Shown: in pieces, positions 8,379 to 17,373 of the stretch
Layout of the letters: the number at the start of each line of letters is the position of its first letter
Position numbering within the stretch: the first letter of the stretch is position 1
Source of the DNA: a virus
Taxonomy: Duplodnaviria > Caudoviricetes
IMG/VR virus record: IMGVR_UViG_3300010362_000020
Span: 1-53,370 of that record
Length of the DNA: 53,370 nucleotides
Direction: 5' to 3' (one strand)
Notes under the pieces: model-generated
Seen by the model: the letters and a program-made list of their open reading frames with translations, nothing else
Told to the model about the DNA's origin: nothing
The model's database searches: none
Made by a program: the position numbers and the translations under genes

Positions 8379-8658
8379 CGTCGTTCTCCGGGCGAATCAG
8401 GAAGCGGGGCGTCGCCTCCCCGAGGTACGCCCCGATGGTGTTGAACGAGAACCACTCGTCGGCGTCGTCGGCGTCCATGCCGTCGGCGCGCATCGCGGCC
8501 AGGACCTTCTCCTGGTCGTAGAGGACCGCCGTCTCCTGGCCGAAGCCATGCACCAGGCCGACGATCGCGTGGTCGAAGTGCTCGGGTGGGTCGAAGAGAA
8601 TCAGCTCGACGTCGTGCTCTCTCGCCCACTCGTTGATCTGCACGCGGGTGATCGCCAC
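8356..8658 (-). CDS. Conserved-looking phage hypothetical protein
   Basis: FDHAIVG...YD..KV...DADEWFSFNTIGAYLGEATP, a motif common in phages. Confidence 0.7.
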   Translation of the reverse strand: MAITRVQINEWAREHDVELILFDPPEHFDHAIVGLVHGFGQETAVLYDQEKVLAAMRADGMDADDADEWFSFNTIGAYLGEATPRFLIRPENDDAETSLE

Positions 8659-8662
8659 GGCC

Positions 8663-8932
8663 TCAGCCCTGGTAGAGCAGCGTGCGCACCGCCGCGTCCT
8701 TGGCTTCGAGCAGCTTCCGCAACGTCACGGTGCGCTCGGGGTTCATCGGATACTTCTCCGCGACCTTGTGTGCCAGATCGCAGAAGTCCTTGCTCGCCTC
8801 CTGCAGCTCCGCCGGCAGATGCGCATAGGTGAAGAACTGGAGCATCCGATCGGGCTTGGGCGGCGTCGGCTCCAGGCGCAGCCGTGGCTCGTCGTCGGGG
8901 AACTGCTCGGGGTCGACCTTGAAGCCGCCCAT
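8663..8932 (-). CDS. Small helical-hairpin protein (possibly Acb2/Tad1-like)
   Basis: FFTYAHLP..LQ..SK.F..LA...PERTVTLRKLLEAKDAAVR. Confidence 0.6.
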   Translation of the reverse strand: MGGFKVDPEQFPDDEPRLRLEPTPPKPDRMLQFFTYAHLPAELQEASKDFCDLAHKVAEKYPMNPERTVTLRKLLEAKDAAVRTLLYQG

Positions 8933-8934
8933 CG

Positions 8935-9600
8935 TCAGCTCCGCAGGTTGTCGAGGTTGGCGAACGCCCTCAGCAGCGCGCCGCAGTTGCCGCACTGGAT
9001 CTCGTAGGGCACCTCGCCCCCCGCGTTCTTCGGCACGTCCTCCTGGTAGTAGGCCTCGCCGCAGCCCTTCTTGCCCTCGATGACCTGCACCTGGCCCTGG
9101 CCGTCCCGGGCGCGCACGTCGCGGTCCTTGCTGCAGCGCCAGGAGTACCGCAGGTCGGCGCCGAACTGCTTGCCGCCGTGCCGCTGCACGATCTGCATGT
9201 ACTCGCGGTTGCTCTTCGGCTTCTGCTTCTCGCCGAGTGCGCGCAGCAGGTAGTCCATGTCGGAGGCGGTGACGGCCTTGTCCTTGCCGCGCTGCCGCTC
9301 GTTGTTGGTGATGCGCGTCTCGAAGGGCTCCCCGTTCGACTTCCCCTGCGGACTCTGGACGATGAGCAGCGGGTGGTCCCGATCGAAGGTCGCCTTCACG
9401 CGCTGCGGCGGGGTCTTCTCCGGCGTGTCGAAGAGATCCCAGATCGCGGAGAGATCCCCGGGCAGCTGGAACCGGTAGGCCCCTGGCGGCGGCGGCGGCG
9501 TGAACGACCCGAAGGTCGGGAGATCGTCGAGGTCTTGACCGCTGGTTGGAAGGACTTCGTCTTTCAGTTCACTGGCGAGCTCTTGAATACTTTTGCCCAC
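8935..9600 (-). CDS. Putative ssDNA-binding protein with C-terminal Zn ribbon
   Basis: Follows the Sak4-like gene; PPPGAYRF start; C...CG...CGNCG. Function inferred from context. Confidence 0.5.
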   Translation of the reverse strand: MGKSIQELASELKDEVLPTSGQDLDDLPTFGSFTPPPPPGAYRFQLPGDLSAIWDLFDTPEKTPPQRVKATFDRDHPLLIVQSPQGKSNGEPFETRITNNERQRGKDKAVTASDMDYLLRALGEKQKPKSNREYMQIVQRHGGKQFGADLRYSWRCSKDRDVRARDGQGQVQVIEGKKGCGEAYYQEDVPKNAGGEVPYEIQCGNCGALLRAFANLDNLRS

Positions 9601-9743
9601 GATGCACCTCACAGACACGAAAGACACGATGGAACGGGGGAAGACACCACAGGTCTCGCACCGTTGTCGTCGTGGTCGTCGTCGTCAGCGTCGTCGTCGT
9701 TGTGGAGGGTGCAGCGGCGGCGTCCGTCGGAGAGGCGCGGGGA

Positions 9744-11180
9744 TCAGCTGCCGGGGAGCTTCGCCGGGGGCTTCATCCCAGGCGGCGGTGGAGGACCGGT
9801 GCCCGCCCCGACCGCAGCCGGCACCGGCGCCGGCTCGGACGGCTGCGGTGCGGCTGCGACGGGCGGAGGTTCGGCCACCGCGACCGCGGCCTCGACGCGC
9901 GGCCGGCGTCGCGCGGCGACCGGGGGCGGCGCCGAACCTCCAGTGGGCACCGGCGCGACGGGCGCCGGCGTCGGAGCAGGAACCGCCGCGGGCGGCGGCG
10001 TGAGCGGGGGCAGCGTCGGGCCTGGCGCCACGGCACTGGGCGTGACCGAGAAGGTCTCGCCGTAGGTGCTCGGCGTCTGCGCGAGGCCCGGCGCGCCGGG
10101 GATGTCCTCCGCCAGCGCGCGCTGCAGATCCTGGTCGAGCAGCGAGAACACCAGCCCGAGGTTCGCCTGCGCCCACGGCTGGCCGATCGGATCGATGAGC
10201 ATCTCGGGGAGCCCGGTCGGCGAGCTCGACGTCTTGAGCAGGTGCCGGCGGTTCTGCGCGTCGGTGAAGGGCCGCAGGAACAGTGTGAAGTGTTCCTTGC
10301 CCTGCTCGTCGGGCGTCTTGCCCATCTCGAAGACGTTGCCGAACCAGGAGCTCGCTTCGTCGGTGGCCGCGCGCCCCGGGAGCTTCGCGCCGACGATCGG
10401 CAGGCCGCCCTCGTCGGTCGCTTCCATGGAGAGCGCCGTGAAGACCGGCCCTTCGACCAGGTGCGGGATCGACAGGCTGTTGTTGACGAACTCGCGCCCG
10501 CGGCTCTGCCCCAGTCCGATGTCGGCGCGGTTGGTGCCCCCGAGCTTGATCGAGCCGCTGAGGACCGGGCCACCGAAGGCACTCTTCTCGCCGCCGACCT
10601 GGCCGGCGCCGCGCGCGTGGTCCATGAAGCTGAGGACCTCGTTGGTCATCGACGTCAGCCCGTCGTAGGCCACCCCGCCGACCATCTCGAAGCCGGGCGT
10701 GCGCTTCACCGTCTCGGTGACGTTCATCTCGCCGACGGGGTGGAGCGTCTTGCACGGCGTGCAGTAGGTCGGCGTGATCACGGCGCGCGTGGGCAACGTC
10801 GCCAGCAGCTCGCCGGTCTTGCGACAGGCGAGCGTGTAGAGCGTGGTGACGGGCGGCACGAGCTCGACGCCGGGCGAGGTCTCGCCGGTCTCGGTGTTGA
10901 TCTCCCGCGGCCAGTAGCCCTTGGTCGCCTGGTAGAGCGTCTCAAGGCCGAGGCCTTCGGCGCTCCGTGTCCGGGCGCGCCAGAAGCGGATGAGCCCCTG
11001 CTTCATCAGCTTCTGCAGGTCGGTGGGGATCGCGCCCCCGTCCCAGGAGTACAGCAGCAGCACCCGGTGATAGGTCTCCCAGAGGTAGCGGGCGAAGGTG
11101 GCAAGCAGCGACGTCTTGCCGGCGCCGGGCACGCCCAGCACCAGCGTCGCCGTGAAGATCCGACGCGCTTTATCCGGCAT
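9744..11180 (-). CDS. Sak4-like/AAA_24 ATPase (ssDNA-annealing protein) with Pro/Ala-rich tail
   Basis: LVLGVPGAGKTS Walker A, VAYDGLT Walker B, CxxC insertion; lies between the exonuclease and the SSB-like gene. Confidence 0.75.
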   Translation of the reverse strand: MPDKARRIFTATLVLGVPGAGKTSLLATFARYLWETYHRVLLLYSWDGGAIPTDLQKLMKQGLIRFWRARTRSAEGLGLETLYQATKGYWPREINTETGETSPGVELVPPVTTLYTLACRKTGELLATLPTRAVITPTYCTPCKTLHPVGEMNVTETVKRTPGFEMVGGVAYDGLTSMTNEVLSFMDHARGAGQVGGEKSAFGGPVLSGSIKLGGTNRADIGLGQSRGREFVNNSLSIPHLVEGPVFTALSMEATDEGGLPIVGAKLPGRAATDEASSWFGNVFEMGKTPDEQGKEHFTLFLRPFTDAQNRRHLLKTSSSPTGLPEMLIDPIGQPWAQANLGLVFSLLDQDLQRALAEDIPGAPGLAQTPSTYGETFSVTPSAVAPGPTLPPLTPPPAAVPAPTPAPVAPVPTGGSAPPPVAARRRPRVEAAVAVAEPPPVAAAPQPSEPAPVPAAVGAGTGPPPPPGMKPPAKLPGS

Positions 11181-11688
11181 GATGAATGACCTCTCCCTGG
11201 ATCTGACGAATGAGGGACGTGACCTGCTCGGCGCTGAGCCACTCGCCACTGAGGACTTCCTCAGGCGTGCCCGCGAGCACCTGGTCGCGAAACAGTTCGA
11301 GCGCCGCCACGATGGTGCGGTTGACGGCGAGCTCGGGGGTGAAGGGCTGCGGCGCGGAGGGAGCCGTCGCGCGCTGGGCGCGGCGCGCTTCCCGGATCCC
11401 TTCGACGTAGCCCGCCGTGAACGCCTCTTCGAGCGTGGCGTCGGGGTGCTCGTCGAGCCACACCTCGGCCACACTGCGCGTCGGGTCGGGCGTGGGCGGC
11501 GCGGGCTCGGGGGCCGGGGGCGGCGGCGGCGCCTGGCCGATGTGCCGCCCGGGGGCGCCGGAGCCGCACTGCGTGCAGCCCTGTGCGATCGGGCCCTGGT
11601 TCTCGGCGCCGCAGCGGGGACACTTCCAGCCCGCTTCCATCCCGAGCCCGCCGCCGACGTAGTGTCGTGAGCCGCCGACCGTGCCCAT
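11170..11688 (-). CDS. RanBP2-type Zn-finger protein
   Basis: WKCPRCGAEN....GCTQCGS. Confidence 0.65.
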   Translation of the reverse strand: MGTVGGSRHYVGGGLGMEAGWKCPRCGAENQGPIAQGCTQCGSGAPGRHIGQAPPPPPAPEPAPPTPDPTRSVAEVWLDEHPDATLEEAFTAGYVEGIREARRAQRATAPSAPQPFTPELAVNRTIVAALELFRDQVLAGTPEEVLSGEWLSAEQVTSLIRQIQGEVIHHAG

Positions 11689-11689
11689 G

Positions 11690-11908
11690 TCAGCCCTCGC
11701 TCCGGGCGGGCGGGAGCTTGCCCCGGCCGCCCCGCGACGCGTGGCCGCCCTTGCGTCCGGCCTCGGTGGCCTCTTCGCTGGTCCACTCGTGGGCGGTGCC
11801 CTTCTTGTGGGCCGCGATGCCCCCGAGGCTCGCGATGCGGCGGCGCTTCTCCAGCGGCATCGAGGCAAACCCGCGTCGGTCGATGTTGTGCTCCCGTCGG
11901 TCTGTCAT
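11690..11908 (-). CDS. KGG-repeat general stress protein (YciG/Con-10-like)
   Basis: RGFASM..EKRRRIASLGG..AH..GTAHEW.SEEA.EAGRKGG. Confidence 0.85.
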   Translation of the reverse strand: MTDRREHNIDRRGFASMPLEKRRRIASLGGIAAHKKGTAHEWTSEEATEAGRKGGHASRGGRGKLPPARSEG

Positions 11909-11943
11909 CGGTCCCCCTTCTTGACTGACTCGATGCATATGCA

Positions 11944-13374
11944 TCACTCGTCGTCCTCGACCGCCGCCGCTTCCGCCGGCAGCAAGCCCCGCGCGACGGC
12001 CTGCTGGAGCTCGGGGTCGTGGTGCGGCAGGCGCGGCTGGTAGTGGCCGCTGCCGAGCGGGTCGTCCCAGCCGGTATGGCGGTGACAGATCGGGACGAAC
12101 TCGCACTCGTGCTCCTTGCCGAACGGGCGGCACGCCCAGCTGCACGGCACGAGCTCGTCGAGCCGCGCCTGGAAGCGCTCGCTCGCCCACCCGTGGCCCT
12201 GGGTCTGCAGCTCGTAGAGGGCCCAGAGAATCTCCTGCCAGCGGCGCTCTTCGCCGAGGAAGCCGCGCAGCAGCCCCTGCAGCTGCTGGTCCTGGCGATT
12301 CATCGGGCCGAGAATGAAACAGACCTTGTCGAGCACCGACTCGGGCAGGAAGCGGACCCAGAACTCTTCCGGCGTGAGGCCTGGGTTGGACGATGCATAT
12401 GCTTTCCAGATCGGCCAGTCGCTCTCGTCGAGCGTCCACACGCCGCGGCGCCGGTGCGCCTTGGTCTTGCGCTTGGTCGTGCCGTCGTCGGCGATCCACT
12501 CGTAGCTCGGGAGCCAGTCGTCGGGCGCGAGCGGCGGATTGCCCGGCCGGCAGTAGCCGTAGCAGAGCGCCGACTGCTGCTTCTTGCGCTCGTCCTCGGC
12601 GCCGTCGTAGCGGTCGCGCACCCGTCGCCCTTTGTTCAGCCCGACGATGTAGAGCTCGGTGACCTCCCCGCCCCACACCTTGTCGGCGTCGACGGTGCCG
12701 AGTGCGAGCTGCGCATCGGTCTCCCACTGCTCCGCCCAGGCGTCGGACTCCCACCCCGTGGTCTTGCACTCGAAGTAGGCGAGGTTCTGCCCGCCGCGGC
12801 GCTGCGTCAGCAGGTCGGTGCGGATCTGGATCGCCTTCCCGCTGCACCCGCGGCGCAGGTGCTCGGCGGCATCGAGCGGGGGCGCGCCGCAGCTGCAGTC
12901 CAGGAAGTGCAGGCGCTCCTCTTCGACAGCGATCACGCGGTAGGCCTGGTGGAGCCAGGGCAGGAACTTCAGGCGCAGGACCCAGCCGAGCCCGCTGATG
13001 AGCGCACTCTGCTCGGCGATCGTCTCCTCGGTGTCGGGCCCGCCGAGGATGCCGCGATAGCCGCGGGCCTCGACCTCCGCCACGTACTCGGCGACCAGGG
13101 TCGCGATGATCGCCCGCACCTCGTCGAGCCCCGGGAGCCGGTCGACCACCATGAGCCGACTTGCATATGCTTCGAGGATCCGATGCACGTAGATCCCGGT
13201 GACCAGCGGCAGGGCGTGCTTCCGCAGCGTGATCCCGTAACTGTTCCCGGCGTGGTAGCCGAGGTAGCGGGCGCGTGGGCAGCGCTGCGTCCCGAGTTTG
13301 AAGCGGGAACGGTCGGTGAACCAGAGGAGCGGGATGGGCGTCGTCGTCGTCGTCGTCGGTGGCGTGATCGTCAT
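11944..13374 (-). CDS. PD-(D/E)XK exonuclease (Cas4/RecB-like)
   Basis: CPRARY, GIYVH, E, RTDL, ECKT, and C-terminal C..C.....CEF..IC cluster. Confidence 0.8.
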   Translation of the reverse strand: MTITPPTTTTTTPIPLLWFTDRSRFKLGTQRCPRARYLGYHAGNSYGITLRKHALPLVTGIYVHRILEAYASRLMVVDRLPGLDEVRAIIATLVAEYVAEVEARGYRGILGGPDTEETIAEQSALISGLGWVLRLKFLPWLHQAYRVIAVEEERLHFLDCSCGAPPLDAAEHLRRGCSGKAIQIRTDLLTQRRGGQNLAYFECKTTGWESDAWAEQWETDAQLALGTVDADKVWGGEVTELYIVGLNKGRRVRDRYDGAEDERKKQQSALCYGYCRPGNPPLAPDDWLPSYEWIADDGTTKRKTKAHRRRGVWTLDESDWPIWKAYASSNPGLTPEEFWVRFLPESVLDKVCFILGPMNRQDQQLQGLLRGFLGEERRWQEILWALYELQTQGHGWASERFQARLDELVPCSWACRPFGKEHECEFVPICHRHTGWDDPLGSGHYQPRLPHHDPELQQAVARGLLPAEAAAVEDDE

Positions 13375-13403
13375 TGATCGCCTCCGCAACGGAACCAGGG
13401 TGG

Positions 13404-13730
13404 TCAGGGATGGACCGGGGCGGCCCCCAGGGCGGGGTCGCCGCGGCTCAGCGGCCGCCGCCGACGGGGTGGCGGGGTCGCCTTCGCCGCGGTCTTGCCG
13501 ATCTTCGTGGCCAGCAGCGCCTTGAGCGGGACGCCGGTGACGGCGTGGAGTTTCACCGCGAGCCCGGCGGAGGGCACACGCTTGCCGCGCGCCAGCATCG
13601 AGATCATCGACTGGTTGCAGCCGATGGCTTCGGCGAGCGCCCGCTGGGACACGGGTGGCGGGCCGACGAGGTACGCCCGGAGACTCGGGGGCGGGGTGCG
13701 CCGAGCGGGCGCCGTGATGCGTTTCGTCAT
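13404..13730 (-). CDS. Cro-like XRE-family HTH regulator
   Basis: SQRALAEAIGCNQSMISMLARGKRVP; divergent from the cI-like gene. Confidence 0.85.
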   Translation of the reverse strand: MTKRITAPARRTPPPSLRAYLVGPPPVSQRALAEAIGCNQSMISMLARGKRVPSAGLAVKLHAVTGVPLKALLATKIGKTAAKATPPPRRRRPLSRGDPALGAAPVHP

Positions 13731-13762
13731 GAACTTGTGCTGCGGGCGTTATGAAAGAGCGG

Positions 13763-13792
13763 ACTGTAGACCGAGGCGCCTGGCCCTGTCAA
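13763..13792 (-). promoter_or_regulatory. Sigma70-type promoter for the cro/replication operon
   Basis: TTGACA-N18-TACAGT on the minus strand. Confidence 0.6.
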
Positions 13793-13991
13793 GTCCGCGA
13801 TGTGGCCCGGAGGGGCCGCTGTGCCTGGCACCGAAGGACGGGGGCTGTAACCGGTTGATTCGGCGGAAGAACGACACACCGGCAAGACACACCGATGACT
13901 CGGCAGATGCACACCTGCCACAGTGTCCGCGCTGCCGGGCGGTAGACGCCCCGGTGTCCTTCGTGTCCTCTGATGACAACTTGTGACACTA

Positions 13992-14020
13992 TTGCCAGTG
14001 ATGACTCGTGGTGATATTCT
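13992..14020 (+). promoter_or_regulatory. Sigma70-type promoter for the cI-like gene, with TGATGAC in the spacer
   Basis: TTGCCA-gtgatgactcgtggtga(17)-TATTCT. Confidence 0.55.
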
Positions 14021-14089
14021 TGTAGGCCCTCGCCTTTGATGCCGAAGCGGTCTCGTCGGAGAACGACTGACAAACGGAAGGAGCAACCG

Positions 14090-14719
14090 ATGTTCGCCTC
14101 TGCTCCACCCGCTACGCCCGCGACCCTGTCGCAGGCCTTGAATCAGAAAATTCGCGAGTTCCTGGAGACCCAGCGCCTGTCGCAGCGGGAGTTCGCGGCG
14201 GAGCTCGGCGTTACACAAGGCGCGGTGAGTTACATGCTCGCCGAGAAACGACGTGCCTCGGTCCTCGACTACTACGAGCGGCTCGCCCGGATCTTTGACC
14301 TCTCGCTCAGTGCGCTGATCGCGGACCTGGAACAGCGCGTGAGCAAACCCGAGGGAGGCGCGGCCCCGTCGGAGCAGGTGGCGGCACAGCACCTCGCGCA
14401 CACCATGCTCGCGACGGCCCAGGCGCACCGTGGTCGCATCGACCAGACCCAGGCTCTCGGCCTTGTTCTCGACACCATGATTAGCGCACGCCTCGACGCG
14501 CACGGCGCCCATGTCGCGTCCCTGCTCGCCGAGGCGCGAGCCGAGGTCGCCAAGGCGCGCGCCGAGGCGCGAGCCGCGCGACGCGACCGCGACGCCGCGG
14601 CCCCCGCACGTCGCAAGCGCAGCCGCCCGACGCCGCGGGAGCGGACAGACGATCGCGTGGTGCCTGGTGCGATGCATCAATCGATTCTTGCAGAGGACGA
14701 CGTGCTTGATGCTGGGTGA
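14090..14719 (+). CDS. CI-like XRE-family repressor (no S24 peptidase domain evident)
   Basis: LSQREFAAELGVTQGAVSYML; AAGGAG RBS; helical C-terminus. Confidence 0.8.
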   Translation: MFASAPPATPATLSQALNQKIREFLETQRLSQREFAAELGVTQGAVSYMLAEKRRASVLDYYERLARIFDLSLSALIADLEQRVSKPEGGAAPSEQVAAQHLAHTMLATAQAHRGRIDQTQALGLVLDTMISARLDAHGAHVASLLAEARAEVAKARAEARAARRDRDAAAPARRKRSRPTPRERTDDRVVPGAMHQSILAEDDVLDAG

Positions 14720-14768
14720 CGGCGCCGCGTCCGATCGACGGCGCCGGGCGCAGTGATCCGCACCGCGC

Positions 14769-15224
14769 TCACGCGGGGCGTTGCCGGAAGGCGTAGTAGG
14801 TCTGGCCGCGCCGTGTGGTCCGCTGCAGGAAGCCCGCGCGTACGTAAGAGACCATGCCAGTGAGCGAGCGGATGCCCTGGGCGCGCGCGGCTGCCTTGAG
14901 CTCGCCGAGCGGCATCGGCTTCCCGTAGCGCTCCACGATCGCGAGCACCACGTCCCGTTTCTTCTCCCGTCGCGCCGCAGTCTGTTTCCACTTCGAGAGG
15001 CGTGGCGCACGCGGCTCCGGCTCGTCGTGTGGGGCCCCGCCGTTGCGCCGGGCGTGCTGCTGCGCGCGCCGCACCTTGATCGCCTGCGCCATCGTCTGCG
15101 CCGCGGTGGCGCGCTTCTGCTCGTGCAGGTTGCCATCGAACACCGCCGCGGCCAGGCGCAGTGCAGCCGCCTTGTGTTCGAGCTCCTCGGCCTTCGCGAG
15201 CATCTTGCCAATCATTGTCGTCAT
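14769..15224 (-). CDS. Hypothetical protein, possible C-terminal winged helix
   Basis: Strong RBS; VLAIVERYGKPMPLGEL...YVRAGFLQRT..G.TYY. Confidence 0.6.
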   Translation of the reverse strand: MTTMIGKMLAKAEELEHKAAALRLAAAVFDGNLHEQKRATAAQTMAQAIKVRRAQQHARRNGGAPHDEPEPRAPRLSKWKQTAARREKKRDVVLAIVERYGKPMPLGELKAAARAQGIRSLTGMVSYVRAGFLQRTTRRGQTYYAFRQRPA

Positions 15225-15258
15225 CGTCGATCCCCCCTCCTCCTCCTCTAGTCCTCCG

Positions 15259-15753
15259 TCACAGGTGCGCTGCCACACTCGCCCGTTCGGGCGATCGCAC
15301 GCTGTAATTGCGTCGTTCGCGGCGCCGCCGCCTGCGGGTCTTGAGCTCGGCGGCGAGCTCGCGGTGCTTCAGCGTCTGGAACGAGACCATCGCCTCTGCG
15401 GCGTTCGCGCGTCCGGGCCCGGCGTGCTTCCGTACCCAGGTCTCCAGCGGCGTGTCGCCGCCGATTCGCTTGGCCTCGAAGGCCGCCCCGAGCACGGCGA
15501 GGCTGATCGCCCCCAGGTGCGGCAGGGCCAGGGCCGTCGGCGGGAGACGCGCGTAGAGGTCCGCCAGGTTCTTCACGGGGACGCCCTTCAGGATCGCCGT
15601 GAGGTTGCGCGCGGCCGAGAAGTTGAAGCAACCCACGCCGGCGAGCTCGGCACGCGTGAACCGGTCGCTGCCGACTTCCAGGATCCAGGCGCTGCCCGTC
15701 GCCTGCAGTTGTTTGACGGCCGCCGTACCGAGGATCGTGGTCGAGAGATTCAC
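15259..15753 (-). CDS. Hypothetical protein with RNAP alpha-CTD-like HhH segment
   Basis: VKNLADL....ALALPHLGAISLAVL; GTG coupled to the stop of a 12-codon uORF (MMTNPIALAGGR). Confidence 0.55.
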   Translation of the reverse strand: MNLSTTILGTAAVKQLQATGSAWILEVGSDRFTRAELAGVGCFNFSAARNLTAILKGVPVKNLADLYARLPPTALALPHLGAISLAVLGAAFEAKRIGGDTPLETWVRKHAGPGRANAAEAMVSFQTLKHRELAAELKTRRRRRRERRNYSVRSPERASVAAHL

Positions 15754-15823
15754 CGGCCACCTGCCAACGCGATTGGGTTTGTCATCATTCGTCCTCCGGG
15801 GGAGCAGGGTTCTCGCCCGGCGC

Positions 15824-15852
15824 AGCGTAATCGGCTGATGACAAACTGTCAA
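15824..15852 (-). promoter_or_regulatory. Sigma70-type promoter flanked by three TGATGACAAAC sites
   Basis: TTGACA-gtttgtcatcagccgat(17)-TACGCT. Confidence 0.6.
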
Positions 15853-16112
15853 CCAAGCTGATGACAAACCCTAGCTCAAGTGACCACAGGCATACCGCGG
15901 CGTACCGCCATCTTGGGGCGTGCGCGACCCCGGCCACCAGGGGCTGGGAGGATCTTGATCTCCGGGAGAAGAATTCGATAGAACGGGCGCTTTCCAGCGC
16001 TGTTACACGCCTGAATTCTTAGGGCGTACACCACGAGGGGGCGGCCCCGGTGTTGACTCCTCCCGAGCAAGAAGAGTCCGGTACCGCCCCCTTTAACCGA
16101 CAGGACAGAACG

Positions 16113-17090
16113 ATGACCAAGGATGCCCCAGATAGTCCCACCTGTCAACTAGATGCCCCCGCGGGGGCCTCGCCGGGGAGTGATGACCTGCTCCCGAACA
16201 TCATCCCGTGCGGCAGCGTGTCCCTCCTCTCCGGGGCCGCCGGCCTGGGCAAGACGGCCTTGCTGGCGGGGATGGCGAAAGCATTCCGGGAGGGCCGTCC
16301 GGTCTTCGGGCACCAGCCGACCCCGATCGCCGAGATCGGCATCATCGTCACCGACCGAGGCTGGGACCGCGGCGCTCGCGTGTGGTTCGAGCGGGTCGGC
16401 TTCCCCGAGATCCGGCACTACTCGATGCCCGACGATCCCAGCTTCGACCCGCGCTGCCTGCGGAAGAAGTTCGACCGGACCTCGCGGCTCGGCGACTTCA
16501 TCGACAAGCTGACGCTGCCGCGCCGCTCCCTGCTCTTTGTCGACCCCATCGGGCTGTTCCTCGGGGGCAACCTCCTCGACTACGACAGCTGCGCGGTAGC
16601 CTGCCACGAGATCCGCGTCCTGCTGCGGAACCGCGGGCTCACGCTGATTGCGACCGCGCACAGCGGGAAGCTCAAGGCCGACAAGAAGGACCGCTACGCG
16701 CGGCTCCAGGATCAGATCCTGGGGAGTTCGGCGCTCCTCGGCTTTACCGACACCCAGATGGTGCTCGCCTCGCCTGACGAGACCGGCCAGCGCTTCTACA
16801 CGTTCCTGTGGCTGTCGCACCTGGCGCCGCCGGAGACCTTCCTGCTGGAGCGGAACGAGGACGGGGTCTTCGAGCTGGCCCGGGATACCGACGGCGGCAC
16901 GACCGCCCGCATCCTGGCGCTCTTCCCCGCCGACGGGGCTGAGACGACCCTGGGCGAGCTCAGTCAACTGGCCGAGGCCATCCCGCTCACCATGAAGACG
17001 GTGCAGCGCGCGCTCGCCCAGCTGGTCACCACGGGCGCGGTCCTGAAGGTCCGCCGAGGCGTGTACCGGCGGGTACAGGTACTCCACTGA
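16113..17090 (+). CDS. RepA/AAA_25-type (SF4-like) helicase with C-terminal HTH
   Basis: SGAAGLGKT, LFVDP, TAHSGK, LGSSAL; C-terminal TVQRALAQLV..G.V.KVRRGVY. Confidence 0.8.
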   Translation: MTKDAPDSPTCQLDAPAGASPGSDDLLPNIIPCGSVSLLSGAAGLGKTALLAGMAKAFREGRPVFGHQPTPIAEIGIIVTDRGWDRGARVWFERVGFPEIRHYSMPDDPSFDPRCLRKKFDRTSRLGDFIDKLTLPRRSLLFVDPIGLFLGGNLLDYDSCAVACHEIRVLLRNRGLTLIATAHSGKLKADKKDRYARLQDQILGSSALLGFTDTQMVLASPDETGQRFYTFLWLSHLAPPETFLLERNEDGVFELARDTDGGTTARILALFPADGAETTLGELSQLAEAIPLTMKTVQRALAQLVTTGAVLKVRRGVYRRVQVLH

Positions 17091-17138
17091 GGCGTCGTAC
17101 GGGGGTGCCGGTTTCGCCCCGCCTGGCGAGGCACTCCC

Positions 17139-17348
17139 CGCACACCCCCCTGTTTTGTGTCCAGAAGGCTCGCGGTACAGTAATAGTCAAAGTTCTGGAC
17201 ATCGCTCCGGACATTGTCCCTTCAACCTGTCCCGAATGACCGTTTGGACGGTCTTCTGGACAGGCTCTGGACATGGTCATGTCCACCTATAACCTCTTGT
17301 CCCCGGAGGGGTTATCACACGAATGGACACAAAAACGGGGGGTGTGCG
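17139..17348. repeat. Ori-like element: 25-bp terminal inverted repeats enclosing GGACA/TGTCC repeats
   Basis: 17139-17163 and 17324-17348 match 23/25 as an inverted repeat; about 8 internal GGACA/TGTCC copies. Confidence 0.6.
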
Positions 17349-17373
17349 CCATCTCCTTCGGAGATGGCCCCGG

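Noticed and set aside
9661-9701. Thr-rich attenuator leader peptide
   Set aside because: The ACG frame has an upstream stop and no start codon; kept only as a sequence tract
11944-13374. CRISPR-associated Cas4
   Set aside because: No array or other cas genes; context is an exonuclease-Sak4-SSB recombination module
12019-13377. 452-aa plus-strand ORF
   Set aside because: Shadow of the exonuclease gene
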